Shown: positions 28,452 to 37,076 of the stretch, in pieces
Layout: every line of letters begins with the position of its first letter
Position numbering within the stretch: position 1 is the first letter of the stretch
NCBI GenBank assembly: GCA_964610975.1
Contig: CAZSYN010000002.1
Coordinates: 216,076 to 280,075, forward strand
Length of the DNA stretch: 64,000 nucleotides
Direction: 5' to 3'
Source of the DNA: an uncultured Phycisphaeraceae bacterium
GTDB taxonomy: Bacteria > Planctomycetota > Phycisphaerae > WQYP01
Translations under genes and position numbers: made by a program
The notes under the pieces: generated by a model
Told to the model about the DNA's origin: nothing
The model's database searches: none
What the model saw: only the letters and a program-made list of their open reading frames with translations

Positions 28452-28871
28452 TTAGAGCGTGTGACGACGGGCCACGAAACGGCAACGGACCGGCATCTTG
28501 TAAGCCACACGGGTAAACGCGCGCTTGGCGACACCTTCATCCACACCGGCGATCTCAAAGAGAATCGTGCCGGGCTTGACTTCGGCTGCCCAGAACTCCG
28601 GTTCACCCTTACCGGTACCCTGACGAGTTTCCAGCGGCTTCTTGGAGAAGCTCTTGTGCGGGAAGATCCGGATGTAGACCTTGCCTTCGCGAGCCAGGAA
28701 GTGTGAGCAGGCCATACGACCGGCTTCCAACTGGCGGCCGGTGATGCGGCCCGGCTCAAGCGCCTGAATGGCGTACTCGCCGAAGCTGACCTTGTTACCG
28801 CGCGTGGCGTTGCCACGCATTACACCGCGTTGCTGCTTGCGCCACTTGACTCGTGATGGCATCAGTGCCAT
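28452..28871 (-). CDS. rplP: 50S ribosomal protein L16
   Basis: MPSRVKWRKQQRG...ALEPGRITGRQLEAGRMA. Confidence 0.9.
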   Translation of the reverse strand: MALMPSRVKWRKQQRGVMRGNATRGNKVSFGEYAIQALEPGRITGRQLEAGRMACSHFLAREGKVYIRIFPHKSFSKKPLETRQGTGKGEPEFWAAEVKPGTILFEIAGVDEGVAKRAFTRVAYKMPVRCRFVARRHTL

Positions 28872-28973
28872 GTGTGTTACTCCGTACCAGAGTGAGCCGG
28901 ATACCGGCCCGACTCAGAAACTCTCAATAACCCTAACCAACTCGCCAGCCGGAGGCTGACGCATCCGATCACC

Positions 28974-29669
28974 TTACCGGCGACGCGGACGACGGGGACG
29001 ACTGGCCTGTTCAGCGGCCAGGGCTTCCAGTTCGGCATACAGGCCGCGGAAGATCCAGACCTTGATGCCGATGACGCCGTAAGGCGTGCGGCAGTGAACC
29101 TGGCCGAAGCTGATGTCCGCCTGCAACGTGTGCAGCGGAATCGAGCCGACGATCATTTTTTCAACACGGGCGATTTCAGCGCCGCCGATACGGCCGGAGA
29201 GCTGAATCTTGATACCCTTAGCGCCGGCGTTCTTGGCCGCGTCAGCTTTCTGCTTGAGGACGCGACGGAAAGAAGCGCGCTTCTTGAGCTGCTCAGCGAT
29301 ACCTTCGGCGATCAACTGGGCATTGGCGTCGGGGTTGCCGATTTCGGCGATCTCAACTTTGACCTTGCGGCCAGTGAGGTCTTCGATTTCGTTGCGGAGC
29401 TTGTCGACTTCCGCGCCCTTGGGGCCGATCACCACGCCCGGACGAGCGGTGTGAAGGACAACCTTCAGCTCTTCGCGGGTGCGTTCAATCTCAACTTTGG
29501 CAATGGCCGCATAAGGCGGATTGCGGTTGAGCTTGCCATCCACAAAATCCCGGATCTTCTGGTCTTCGACCAGCAGCTCGCCATAAAGTTTCTTAGGAGC
29601 AAACCAACGGCTGTTCCAGCCTTCGGTGATGCCAACCCGGAATCCATTTGGATGAACTTTCTGACCCAT
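28974..29669 (-). CDS. rpsC: 30S ribosomal protein S3
   Basis: MGQKVHPNGFRVGITEGWNSRWFA; KH domain; Arg/Pro-rich C-terminal tail. Confidence 0.9.
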   Translation of the reverse strand: MGQKVHPNGFRVGITEGWNSRWFAPKKLYGELLVEDQKIRDFVDGKLNRNPPYAAIAKVEIERTREELKVVLHTARPGVVIGPKGAEVDKLRNEIEDLTGRKVKVEIAEIGNPDANAQLIAEGIAEQLKKRASFRRVLKQKADAAKNAGAKGIKIQLSGRIGGAEIARVEKMIVGSIPLHTLQADISFGQVHCRTPYGVIGIKVWIFRGLYAELEALAAEQASRPRRPRRR

Positions 29670-29678
29670 GTGATCCTC

Positions 29679-30080
29679 TTATTTCTGTTCAGCCGCCGGA
29701 GCAGCTTCAGTCTTAGCTTTACCCTGCTTCTTGCTCTTCTTGGTTTCGCCCTTGCCTTCATCAACTTCAATAGTGATGTGGCAGGTGCGCTTTTTGATTT
29801 CGTAAGCCTTTCCACGATCCTTCGGCTGAAAACGCTTCATGATCGGGCCGTCATCACAGAAAGCCTTCGAGACAACCAGAGTCTCAACATCCGCTTCCTG
29901 AGCGTCGGCATTGGCGATGGCGCTCTTGAGCACTTTGCTCACCATGACCGCCGCGCGCTTTTTGTTGAAACGCAGCAGGTCCAGCGCCACGTCGACGGGC
30001 TTATTCTGAATCAGATCGGTCACCAGACGCGCCTTGCGAGCGCTGATCCGTGCGAACCGCCATTTGCTGGTAAATGCCAT
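29679..30080 (-). CDS. rplV: 50S ribosomal protein L22 (Lys-rich C-terminal extension)
   Basis: ARKARLVTDLIQNKPVDVALDLLRFNKKRAAVMVSKVLKSAIANA. Confidence 0.9.
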   Translation of the reverse strand: MAFTSKWRFARISARKARLVTDLIQNKPVDVALDLLRFNKKRAAVMVSKVLKSAIANADAQEADVETLVVSKAFCDDGPIMKRFQPKDRGKAYEIKKRTCHITIEVDEGKGETKKSKKQGKAKTEAAPAAEQK

Positions 30081-30144
30081 ATCTTTAGTCCTTGGTCAAC
30101 TGGTCTGAGCCATCAGGCCCTGTACCGTTATTACTGAGCCGCTG

Positions 30145-30426
30145 TTACTTGGCAGCCACTTCTTTGGCAACCGCCGTGTGACCCTTGAACACGCGGGTCG
30201 GGGCAAACTCGCCGAGCTTGTGGCCAACCATGTCTTCAGTCACGAACACCTTGACGAAACCCTTGCCGTTATGCACGTCAAACGTGTGGCCAACAAAGTC
30301 CGGAATGATCGTGCTCGAGCGCGACCATGTTTTGATGGCCGATTTGGCATGACGCTCATTAAGAGCTTCAACCTTCTTGAGCAGGTGCTCCGCGACGAAC
30401 GGGCCCTTTTTAGTGCTGCGACTCAT
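30145..30426 (-). CDS. rpsS: 30S ribosomal protein S19
   Basis: [11 protein letters not shown]...[16 protein letters not shown]. Start chosen at the internal Met. Confidence 0.85.
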   Translation of the reverse strand: MSRSTKKGPFVAEHLLKKVEALNERHAKSAIKTWSRSSTIIPDFVGHTFDVHNGKGFVKVFVTEDMVGHKLGEFAPTRVFKGHTAVAKEVAAK

Positions 30427-30567
30427 GTCTTTCCTCTTGTTCCGTTGACTCACTCATTCCTGCATTGGCCTGAGCGGTTTTAACGTTTTTATCTTTTTAT
30501 CATCCTGAGTCCGCTTGCTGATCAACCGGACTCGCCAAGCCTTTTAAAGCTCGCACAAACCGTCATA

Positions 30568-31434
30568 TTATTTACGCTTCAGCAGTGATTCGCCGTAACG
30601 AACCGTCATGCGGCGACGAATAATCTTGCTGCTGGAGTTCTTACGCGGATTACGGGTCTTGCCGCCCTTAGCCGGCACGCCCCACTTGCTGACTGGGTGA
30701 CGACCGCCACCGGAACGACCTTCACCACCACCGAGCGGATGGCTGACCGGGTTCTGAGCCACGCCACGAACCGTCGGGCGGATGCCACGATGACGGGTGC
30801 GGCCGGCCTTGCCCCAGCGGACGTTGATCCAGTCAATATTGCCAAGCTGGCCGATGGTTGCGCGGCACTTCCAGTTGATCTGGCGGATTTCGCCGGAGGG
30901 CAACTGAATGGTGGCAAAGCCCTGATCTTTACCGATCAGACGGGCCACGCCGCCGGCGCTGCGGCAAAGCTTGCCGCCCTGGCCAGGGATGACTTCAACA
31001 TTATGAATTTCAAGACCGACCGGCATGACTTCGAGAGTCATTGTATAGCCGGGGGCTTTTTCAACATCAGATTTGACGGAAGACATGACCGTGTCGCCGA
31101 CCTTGAGGGCCTGCGGAGCAAGAATGTAGCTCTTGACGCCGTCATCATATTTGATCAGAGCGATAAAGACCGAGCGGTTCGGATCATATTCAATCGCTTC
31201 GACTTTGGCAGCCACGTCATCTTTGACGCGCTTGAAATCAACCTTGCGGTACATCTGCTTGTTACCGCCGCCGATATGACGGCAGGTGATCCAGCCGGTA
31301 TGGTTACGGCCGCCGGTTTTCACCTTCTTTTCAAGCAGGGATTTTTCCGGCTTGGTCTTGGTGATTTCGGCGTAAGCGTTCACCGAGCTGTTGCGGCGGG
31401 CTGCGGTGGTCGGTTTATAAATCTTAATTGCCAT
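30568..31434 (-). CDS. rplB: 50S ribosomal protein L2
   Basis: 288 aa. ...GRNHTGWITCRHIGGGNKQMYR...GRTRHRGIRPTVRGVAQNPVSHPLGGGEGRSGGGRHPVS. Confidence 0.9.
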   Translation of the reverse strand: MAIKIYKPTTAARRNSSVNAYAEITKTKPEKSLLEKKVKTGGRNHTGWITCRHIGGGNKQMYRKVDFKRVKDDVAAKVEAIEYDPNRSVFIALIKYDDGVKSYILAPQALKVGDTVMSSVKSDVEKAPGYTMTLEVMPVGLEIHNVEVIPGQGGKLCRSAGGVARLIGKDQGFATIQLPSGEIRQINWKCRATIGQLGNIDWINVRWGKAGRTRHRGIRPTVRGVAQNPVSHPLGGGEGRSGGGRHPVSKWGVPAKGGKTRNPRKNSSSKIIRRRMTVRYGESLLKRK

Positions 31435-31473
31435 GACTTTTAAGTCCTGCGTCTTGAGTTCAGAGTCTCGAGC

Positions 31474-31764
31474 TTAGAACAGGTCAATCTTGCTCTGTTC
31501 ATTCAACTTGACAACGGCCTTTTTCCATTCGGTCGGAGTTGAGAAGCCCTTCTTGGTGCGATGAGCTTTGCCCAGCACGCGGATCGTGCGGACATCTTCA
31601 ACCTTGACCTTATAGAGCTCTTCCACGGCTTTTTTGATCTGGGTCTTGTCGGCCGCGCGATCAACTTCAAACGTGTAGGAGTTCCGGCTGTTAGCAGCCC
31701 AGGTGCTCTTTTCAGAGATCAGCGGGCGCTTGATGATTTCAGTTGACTTCAGTTCCAGTGCCAT
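31474..31764 (-). CDS. rplW: 50S ribosomal protein L23
   Basis: IIKRPLISEKSTWAANSRNSYTFEVDRAADKTQIKKAVEELYKVKV. Confidence 0.9.
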   Translation of the reverse strand: MALELKSTEIIKRPLISEKSTWAANSRNSYTFEVDRAADKTQIKKAVEELYKVKVEDVRTIRVLGKAHRTKKGFSTPTEWKKAVVKLNEQSKIDLF

Positions 31765-31817
31765 AATTTCACTCGTCTATAAGCCGATGGCCTTGACCAT
31801 CAGTCAGGTTAACCTTC

Positions 31818-32465
31818 TCAGGCCTCAACTTTCACTTTGCTGGGTTTGGCTGTCTTGAGAACATCTTCAAAGGCCGCCTTTGTGATCACCATGGTGCGCT
31901 TGGTCAGCACGTCGTAAGCGCTGATTTCGCGAGCCGGCTTGATGGCCGTCTTGGTGATGTTGCGGGATGAGAGAACCAGGTTCTTATCAAGGCCGTTGGT
32001 TGCGATAAGCACCGAACGATTGGCGTTAAGAGCCTTGAGAACCTTGGCAACTTCTTTTGTCTTGGGGGCCGAAACGGCCAGGTTATCGAGAACCTTGAGG
32101 TTGTTGGAGAGGATCTTGGCGAGGATCGCGTTGTTGCGGGCAAGGCGACGCTGCTGAAGAGGCATATCCTGACGGAAATCACGCGGACGCTTGGCGAAGG
32201 CCATGCCGCCGCCCTTCATCACGTTCGTGCGAATGTTACCGCGACGCGCGTTACCGGTATGCTTCTGGCCATAGAGCTTCTTGGTTGAGCCTTCGATTTC
32301 AGCGCGCGAACGCGTGCGAACCGTGCCCTGACGATTGTTGGCATGATACATCACCAACGCCTGCTTGAGCAGCGCGGGACGAACCTGCTCGCCCAGGAGA
32401 ACTTCATCCACCTGGAGCTTGCCAACTTCCTGGCCTTCGATATTGAGAATCGGGACTTCGATCAT
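31818..32465 (-). CDS. rplD: 50S ribosomal protein L4
   Basis: ...GTVRTRSRAEIEGSTKKLYGQKHTGNARRG... Confidence 0.9.
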   Translation of the reverse strand: MIEVPILNIEGQEVGKLQVDEVLLGEQVRPALLKQALVMYHANNRQGTVRTRSRAEIEGSTKKLYGQKHTGNARRGNIRTNVMKGGGMAFAKRPRDFRQDMPLQQRRLARNNAILAKILSNNLKVLDNLAVSAPKTKEVAKVLKALNANRSVLIATNGLDKNLVLSSRNITKTAIKPAREISAYDVLTKRTMVITKAAFEDVLKTAKPSKVKVEA

Positions 32466-32635
32466 GGATTCTACTCGGAATATGAAGCGTAGCTTTGAAC
32501 AACCTGGTTTTTAACAACCCGCGTCGTCATCACATCGCCTGTCTTACCGAGTCTCCTTTCAACCAGTTCTCTTGTTAGTCTTTTTGGCGGCCGCTTGTGA
32601 CGGCCGCATCAAAATTCACGTTATCAGCATCACAC

Positions 32636-33319
32636 TCAGGCATTCTTGGTCGTCTTGGCTTTCTTGACGAAAACCAGCGAGCCGTTGTAGCCCGGAACCG
32701 TACCCTTGATCAGCAGCAGATTCTTTTCTTTATCCACGCCGACGAGAGCGAGATTCTTGGCAGTGATCTGCTCGTCACCATAGTGACCAGCCATCTTTTT
32801 GCCCTTCTTGATCGTGCGGCCGTGGCCACGGGTAGCAGTACCGCCACCGATACCACCGGGCGAACGATGCTTACGTTCAGTACCGTGCGAAGCCGGCTGG
32901 CCGCCGAAGTTCCAGCGAACCATAACGCCCTGGAAACCGCGGCCTTTGGTGCGGCCAACAACGTCCACAAACTTGATGCCTTCAAATGTTGAGACATCCA
33001 CCGTGCTGCCGGCGGCCACCGACGGCTTATCCGTCAGGCGGACTTCATGAAAGAAGCGCTTGGCAGTCGTCTGTCCGGTCTTTTTGCAGTGACCGACAAC
33101 AGGCTTGCTCTGGCGGCGTTCTTTAATGTCTTCAAAGCCGAGCTGAACGGCGTTATAGCCGTCTTTGCCGTCGGCCGTTTTGACCTGGGTGACCACGCAG
33201 GGACCAGCCTGAACGACAGTGACCGGGATGATGACGCCATTGGCATCATAAACACGGGTCATGCCGACCTTGCGGCCCAGAAGCGCGGCAATAGAAATTC
33301 CGTTACCATTTTCGCTCAT
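32636..33319 (-). CDS. rplC: 50S ribosomal protein L3
   Basis: ...KVGMTRVYDANG...TKGRGFQGVMVRWNFGGQPASHG... It is first in the cluster here. No rpsJ (S10) gene lies upstream; a ~340-nt leader follows. Confidence 0.9.
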   Translation of the reverse strand: MSENGNGISIAALLGRKVGMTRVYDANGVIIPVTVVQAGPCVVTQVKTADGKDGYNAVQLGFEDIKERRQSKPVVGHCKKTGQTTAKRFFHEVRLTDKPSVAAGSTVDVSTFEGIKFVDVVGRTKGRGFQGVMVRWNFGGQPASHGTERKHRSPGGIGGGTATRGHGRTIKKGKKMAGHYGDEQITAKNLALVGVDKEKNLLLIKGTVPGYNGSLVFVKKAKTTKNA

Positions 33320-33845
33320 GGCATTCCTCGCTCCACGTCATACCTCATCTGAACCCGTTTCCCCGGCGAAGGGGTGTCAGGTTCACCGCGATATCCCGTC
33401 TGGCCGATTTCGGCAGCTCACAAAGCGGCCGACACTTACCAGATTCTCGATCCGGGACCCGTAATTGGCGATTACCTTTCGGAGATCGTACTGAGCGGTG
33501 GTGCCGCAAGTCGCATGCTGGCATAAAGCCAATCAGGACTTATTTCAGACGATCCTCGCCGTTCTTGGCCCGGCCGGGATCACTCAGGTTGGGCTTACGT
33601 GGAAAACATTCGTTTTCATTTATGCCCTGCGGCTTGCGCCGCCCTTGCCGACTAAGTTAAAAGCCTATGAATAAGCCTTCAATCAGGGGCAAGACGGAGA
33701 AGTGTAACAGAACCTGCCTGACACGTCAAGCGAAAGTGCAGTTACCCCAAGTTTTACGCGTTTTGGGATTATGGGACGAAGGAATTGCGGCTAAAATGAA
33801 GGCTTATTTGATTGCATATGACTATCAGAAGTCTGTGTTGCCTAT

Positions 33846-33948
33846 TTGTGGCGTGGCTGACTTTTTTCATTCTCTTTTCTCCGCGGCTCTGCGGCTCCGC
33901 GTGAGATCCTGCTCTTTTTCTTTTTCACGCGGAGGCGCGGAGACGCGG
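33846..33948 (+). repeat. ~100-nt direct repeat, copy 1, containing a long imperfect hairpin
   Basis: ttgtggcgtggctgacttttttcattctcttttctccgcggctctgcggctccgcgtgagatcctgctctttttctttttcacgcggag... is near-identical to 35125-35219. Left arm attctcttttctccgcggctctgcggctccgcgtg pairs with right arm cacgcggaggcgcggagacgcggaaaaaagagaat, about 29 of 35 bp. Confidence 0.7.
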
Positions 33949-34408
33949 AAAAAAGAGAATTACAATTGATCATGCAATTATTTCTGCATTGCATACACTC
34001 AAGGTTTTATCCACTGATCACTTTCTATATTTGTGCTCTCTATTCGGGCAGTAATTTCTTCACCCCCCTCTCGGGGTGAAGAACAGTTGTTTTCCACGGG
34101 TTCGCTGCGGCTCACCCGCGACTAGAATGCGCTGGTCTTTCGGGCCGGTAGGCATGCATGCTAAGTTCGTAAGATATCGGGGATGTGGGGTGTGATCAGA
34201 ATATTCAAAGACTGCATCCCAAAGTAGTGTGCTCGCGCCGCGCCAAAAAGTTCTGGCGGAACGTTGCCGGGATGCGGAAATTGTCACGCTCCTTCAGAGC
34301 TGCCGGTATTTGAGGTACGCTAAACCGCCGGATAAATCCGGCGGTTATAGATATGGCGTCCTTTCAGGACGCATCATCTTGCCCATGATCATCAGTTGCC
34401 CGCCATCA

Positions 34409-34972
34409 TCACTGACTCGCGATGATCCATGAATTGCGGGCCATATCGCGGATGCAAGAAAGCAATTGTCCTATTGCACACGACGTTATGCCACCTAATA
34501 TGCAACTGAAAAATGCAAGTATTACAGCCCCCATGGACTCTATATTAAATTCGCCATTGTATATAATAAAGCCAAAGCCACCAATTAGAACAACTACGCC
34601 AACAATAAAACATATGTATCCAAATGCCATATAACTTGAAACAATGAAATTCAAGAACCCATACTCAGGCGCTTTAATTTTAACGGATGCATGCCCAACA
34701 TCAGAACCTACAACACCTGCACCTGCCCTATTTGCATAGCGCGTATAATCCACATCAGACGCCGCAACCTCTTCGCGCATTTCTGCACGGGCCTTTTTTT
34801 CGTATTCAGCCTGAGCAGCGGCGCGGTCTACGGACTCTTTTTCATCCTTCTGCGCCAAAAGCCGTTTGTGGCATTCCCAACATACGACGGAACTTTCCCA
34901 TACCCGCGGAGTTTCCAGCTTGCCGATGGCCTGCCCGCAATTCTCACATCTTTCTTCTGAGTTGTTTGTCAT
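34409..34972 (-). CDS. hypothetical zinc-ribbon membrane protein
   Basis: Start MTNNSEER is preceded by TAAGGAttattctATG. Has CENCGQ...CWECHKRL (four Cys, zinc ribbon), a charged coiled segment (EKESVDRAAAQAEYEKKARAEMREE) and two C-terminal TM helices. It is flanked by the two direct-repeat copies. Confidence 0.55.
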   Translation of the reverse strand: MTNNSEERCENCGQAIGKLETPRVWESSVVCWECHKRLLAQKDEKESVDRAAAQAEYEKKARAEMREEVAASDVDYTRYANRAGAGVVGSDVGHASVKIKAPEYGFLNFIVSSYMAFGYICFIVGVVVLIGGFGFIIYNGEFNIESMGAVILAFFSCILGGITSCAIGQLLSCIRDMARNSWIIASQ

Positions 34973-35124
34973 AGAATAATCCTTACATGAGAATGCATGA
35001 ATCTTAACACCATGCCAATGGTCTGCAAGCGGTATGACATGGATATTATGATATTCAAAGACTTCATCCATATTCAAGGCGTCTCAACAAAGCGGAAATT
35101 TTGTCAGGAGTCGGCATTACTTAG

Positions 35125-35219
35125 TTGTGGCGTGGCTGACTTTTTTCATTCTCTTTTCTCCGCGGCTCTGCGGCTCCGCGTGAGATCCTGCTCTTTTTCT
35201 TTTTCACGCGGAGACGCGG
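35125..35219 (+). repeat. ~95-nt direct repeat, copy 2 (8-nt shorter, hairpin right arm truncated)
   Basis: Identical to copy 1 over about 85 nt, then lacks one gcgcggag unit. Confidence 0.7.
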
Positions 35220-35530
35220 AGGGGAAATCATTACGAGTTCATAGCCTGGGGTGCGCTCACTGCCGGTCGCGCTACTCCTGGCTACTTTATGCCAACTCTT
35301 CACGCTGATCGGACTGATCATTTATCTATCAACCTGAGTTTCGGATAAGGATCAAAAAAATGTGTGCCCCCAAGCCCCGGGGTTTTAGTGCAAGTGCCAA
35401 AAAGAATTAACGGCTGACAGATTTACAAAGCTGCCCCGCGATGGCGTGGCGGCAGATCACGCGCTAAAACATTTTGACACATACTGGCTCTGTTGAAAAG
35501 ATTCAGCAAGCCCCATCCTTTTAGAGGATC

Positions 35531-35627
35531 GGGCACAAACAGCTATCCAGAAACGATTACATCCTTTGGGTGTTACTCGTTTTCTTTCACAGTTTGTGCC
35601 CCGCGCCATGAAGGCGACGGGGCTTGG
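35531..35627 (+). ncRNA. candidate structured RNA / repeat motif, copy 1 (gggcacaaac...gtttgtgcccc-stem-AUGAA-loop-ggggcttg)
   Basis: A 35-nt core gtttgtgccccgcgccatgaaggcgacggggcttg, with a distal complementary arm gggcacaaacag 60 nt upstream. A second copy at 53470-53610 keeps the same stem through three compensatory base-pair changes. Strand and function are unknown. Confidence 0.3.
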
Positions 35628-35935
35628 TTTCGGATTTTTCAACAAAGCAACACATACTATAGAGTATCTCTCGAAAGTCTTCCGCATATAGAACCAGCAA
35701 AACGGCCGAGATATGCCGTTTTTGGGACGGACTCGTTGCGGCCTTTCGGTAAAGATTTTTGAGAACCGCTATAACTCCGGGGTTTGTCCGTTATCGCCAA
35801 ATGTTGGCGTGCTCGCATTCCACCCCGGGGTTAAAACCACCGGGGCTTTCTTATCCTGAACTCTGGTTTTGTGGTTTGTACAGGCGCCGTTGTATGCATC
35901 TTATTGATATAAGAATCATGTGTTTGGCGAATGCA

Positions 35936-36670
35936 TCACATTCTGAACTTGCCGGCGTCTTTGCCGCTTTTGTGCGAGCCGTGCTTGATGCCGACGGGTT
36001 CTGATACGCGGCGCATCGCGGCGCGCTGGGCCGGCGTGATGAGCCGGCGCGGCGCGGAACGCGGCGTGAGGCGGTAAATGGCCTCCTCAACGGTGGCCCA
36101 TTCCACGTTTTTACTTTCAATCTGCCGCAAGGCCATGTCGCCCTCGTAAGGGTCCCACATGCCAAGAGCATCCTTGATCACCACAATCTTGTGGCGGCGC
36201 TGAAGCAGGCCCAGCACGGCCGTGCGAAGAGTCCACTCAAGCGGGCCGCCGAGAATAAACCATGTGACGCCGTCGTTTTCGGAAAGCACGCGATCAAGGC
36301 GCGGCGACTCAAAAAGATTCAGATTCGGAATATCAAAAACAAACTGCTGATACTTGCGAAAACCCTCAATCGGCAGCGTGGTGGCGCAATCGGCCGGAAA
36401 CTCCATGCGACTGTGCAAAAGAGAGAACGGCATTTTGCCCGCGCCGGAAGCATGGGCGACGGTTTTGGTCACGCCGGGCGTGATCTGAACGGTGGTGTCG
36501 CGCAGGCGCGTGGAGATGATGGGAGTTTTGCTGCCGGCGAGAAACTTGAAGAACCGGCTGGTGGCTAACGTCAAGGCGTCAAGCTGCACAAAAGGCGCAA
36601 CGCCCTGCGGCGAGTAAAAATCCTGCTGAATGTTGATATCCAGAACGGCCGTTCCGGGAACCGTAACCAT
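35936..36670 (-). CDS. isochorismatase-family (cysteine hydrolase) protein
   Basis: VLDINIQQDF near the N-terminus, then WFILGGPLEWTLRTAVLGLLQRRHKIVVIKDA (isochorismatase fold pattern). Start chosen at an internal Met that is preceded by gcatAAGGtgccctATG. Confidence 0.5.
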   Translation of the reverse strand: MVTVPGTAVLDINIQQDFYSPQGVAPFVQLDALTLATSRFFKFLAGSKTPIISTRLRDTTVQITPGVTKTVAHASGAGKMPFSLLHSRMEFPADCATTLPIEGFRKYQQFVFDIPNLNLFESPRLDRVLSENDGVTWFILGGPLEWTLRTAVLGLLQRRHKIVVIKDALGMWDPYEGDMALRQIESKNVEWATVEEAIYRLTPRSAPRRLITPAQRAAMRRVSEPVGIKHGSHKSGKDAGKFRM

Positions 36671-37076
36671 AGGGCACCTTATGCGATTGACTGGCCCGAG
36701 AAACAGAGCCGAATCCCCCAAAACGCATTCATATGCGTATACGTTTGGTATCGGCTCATCCGCTGTTGAACTATATGCCGCGAGCACAAAGAGTTTGTTA
36801 AAAATTGCGATGTAATATCAAAATAAAACGCTTTTGGGACTTAAATTATTTCGTATAAATAAGGAGGCGTGAAGAAATGGCGAAGAAATAATTCGTATAT
36901 GCGATATTTGACTTTTTCAAGCTGAGAGGTTCAATAACCGATTCGCCAGCTATGGCATGTATATAGGATAGAGGGTGGGACGCCGAAGGATATCAGCATT
37001 GGCGTGAGTTCACCAGGATTTGTAAGTATTGGCCGCTTCTCCCTTTACGAAAAGAAGCAGAAAGGTAATATGCCCC

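Noticed and set aside
33320-33660. Long leader upstream of rplC, considered as a possible ribosomal-protein autoregulatory leader or missing rpsJ
   Set aside because: There is no S10-like reading frame, and the structure could not be assigned by eye. Left as an unannotated leader.
33667-33969. 100-aa ORF ending inside direct-repeat copy 1 (and the analogous 34997-35308 ORF over copy 2)
   Set aside because: The conserved C-terminal 'VADFFHSLFSAALRLRVRSCSFSFSRG' is simply the translation of the repeat hairpin. There is a weak RBS and no other support.
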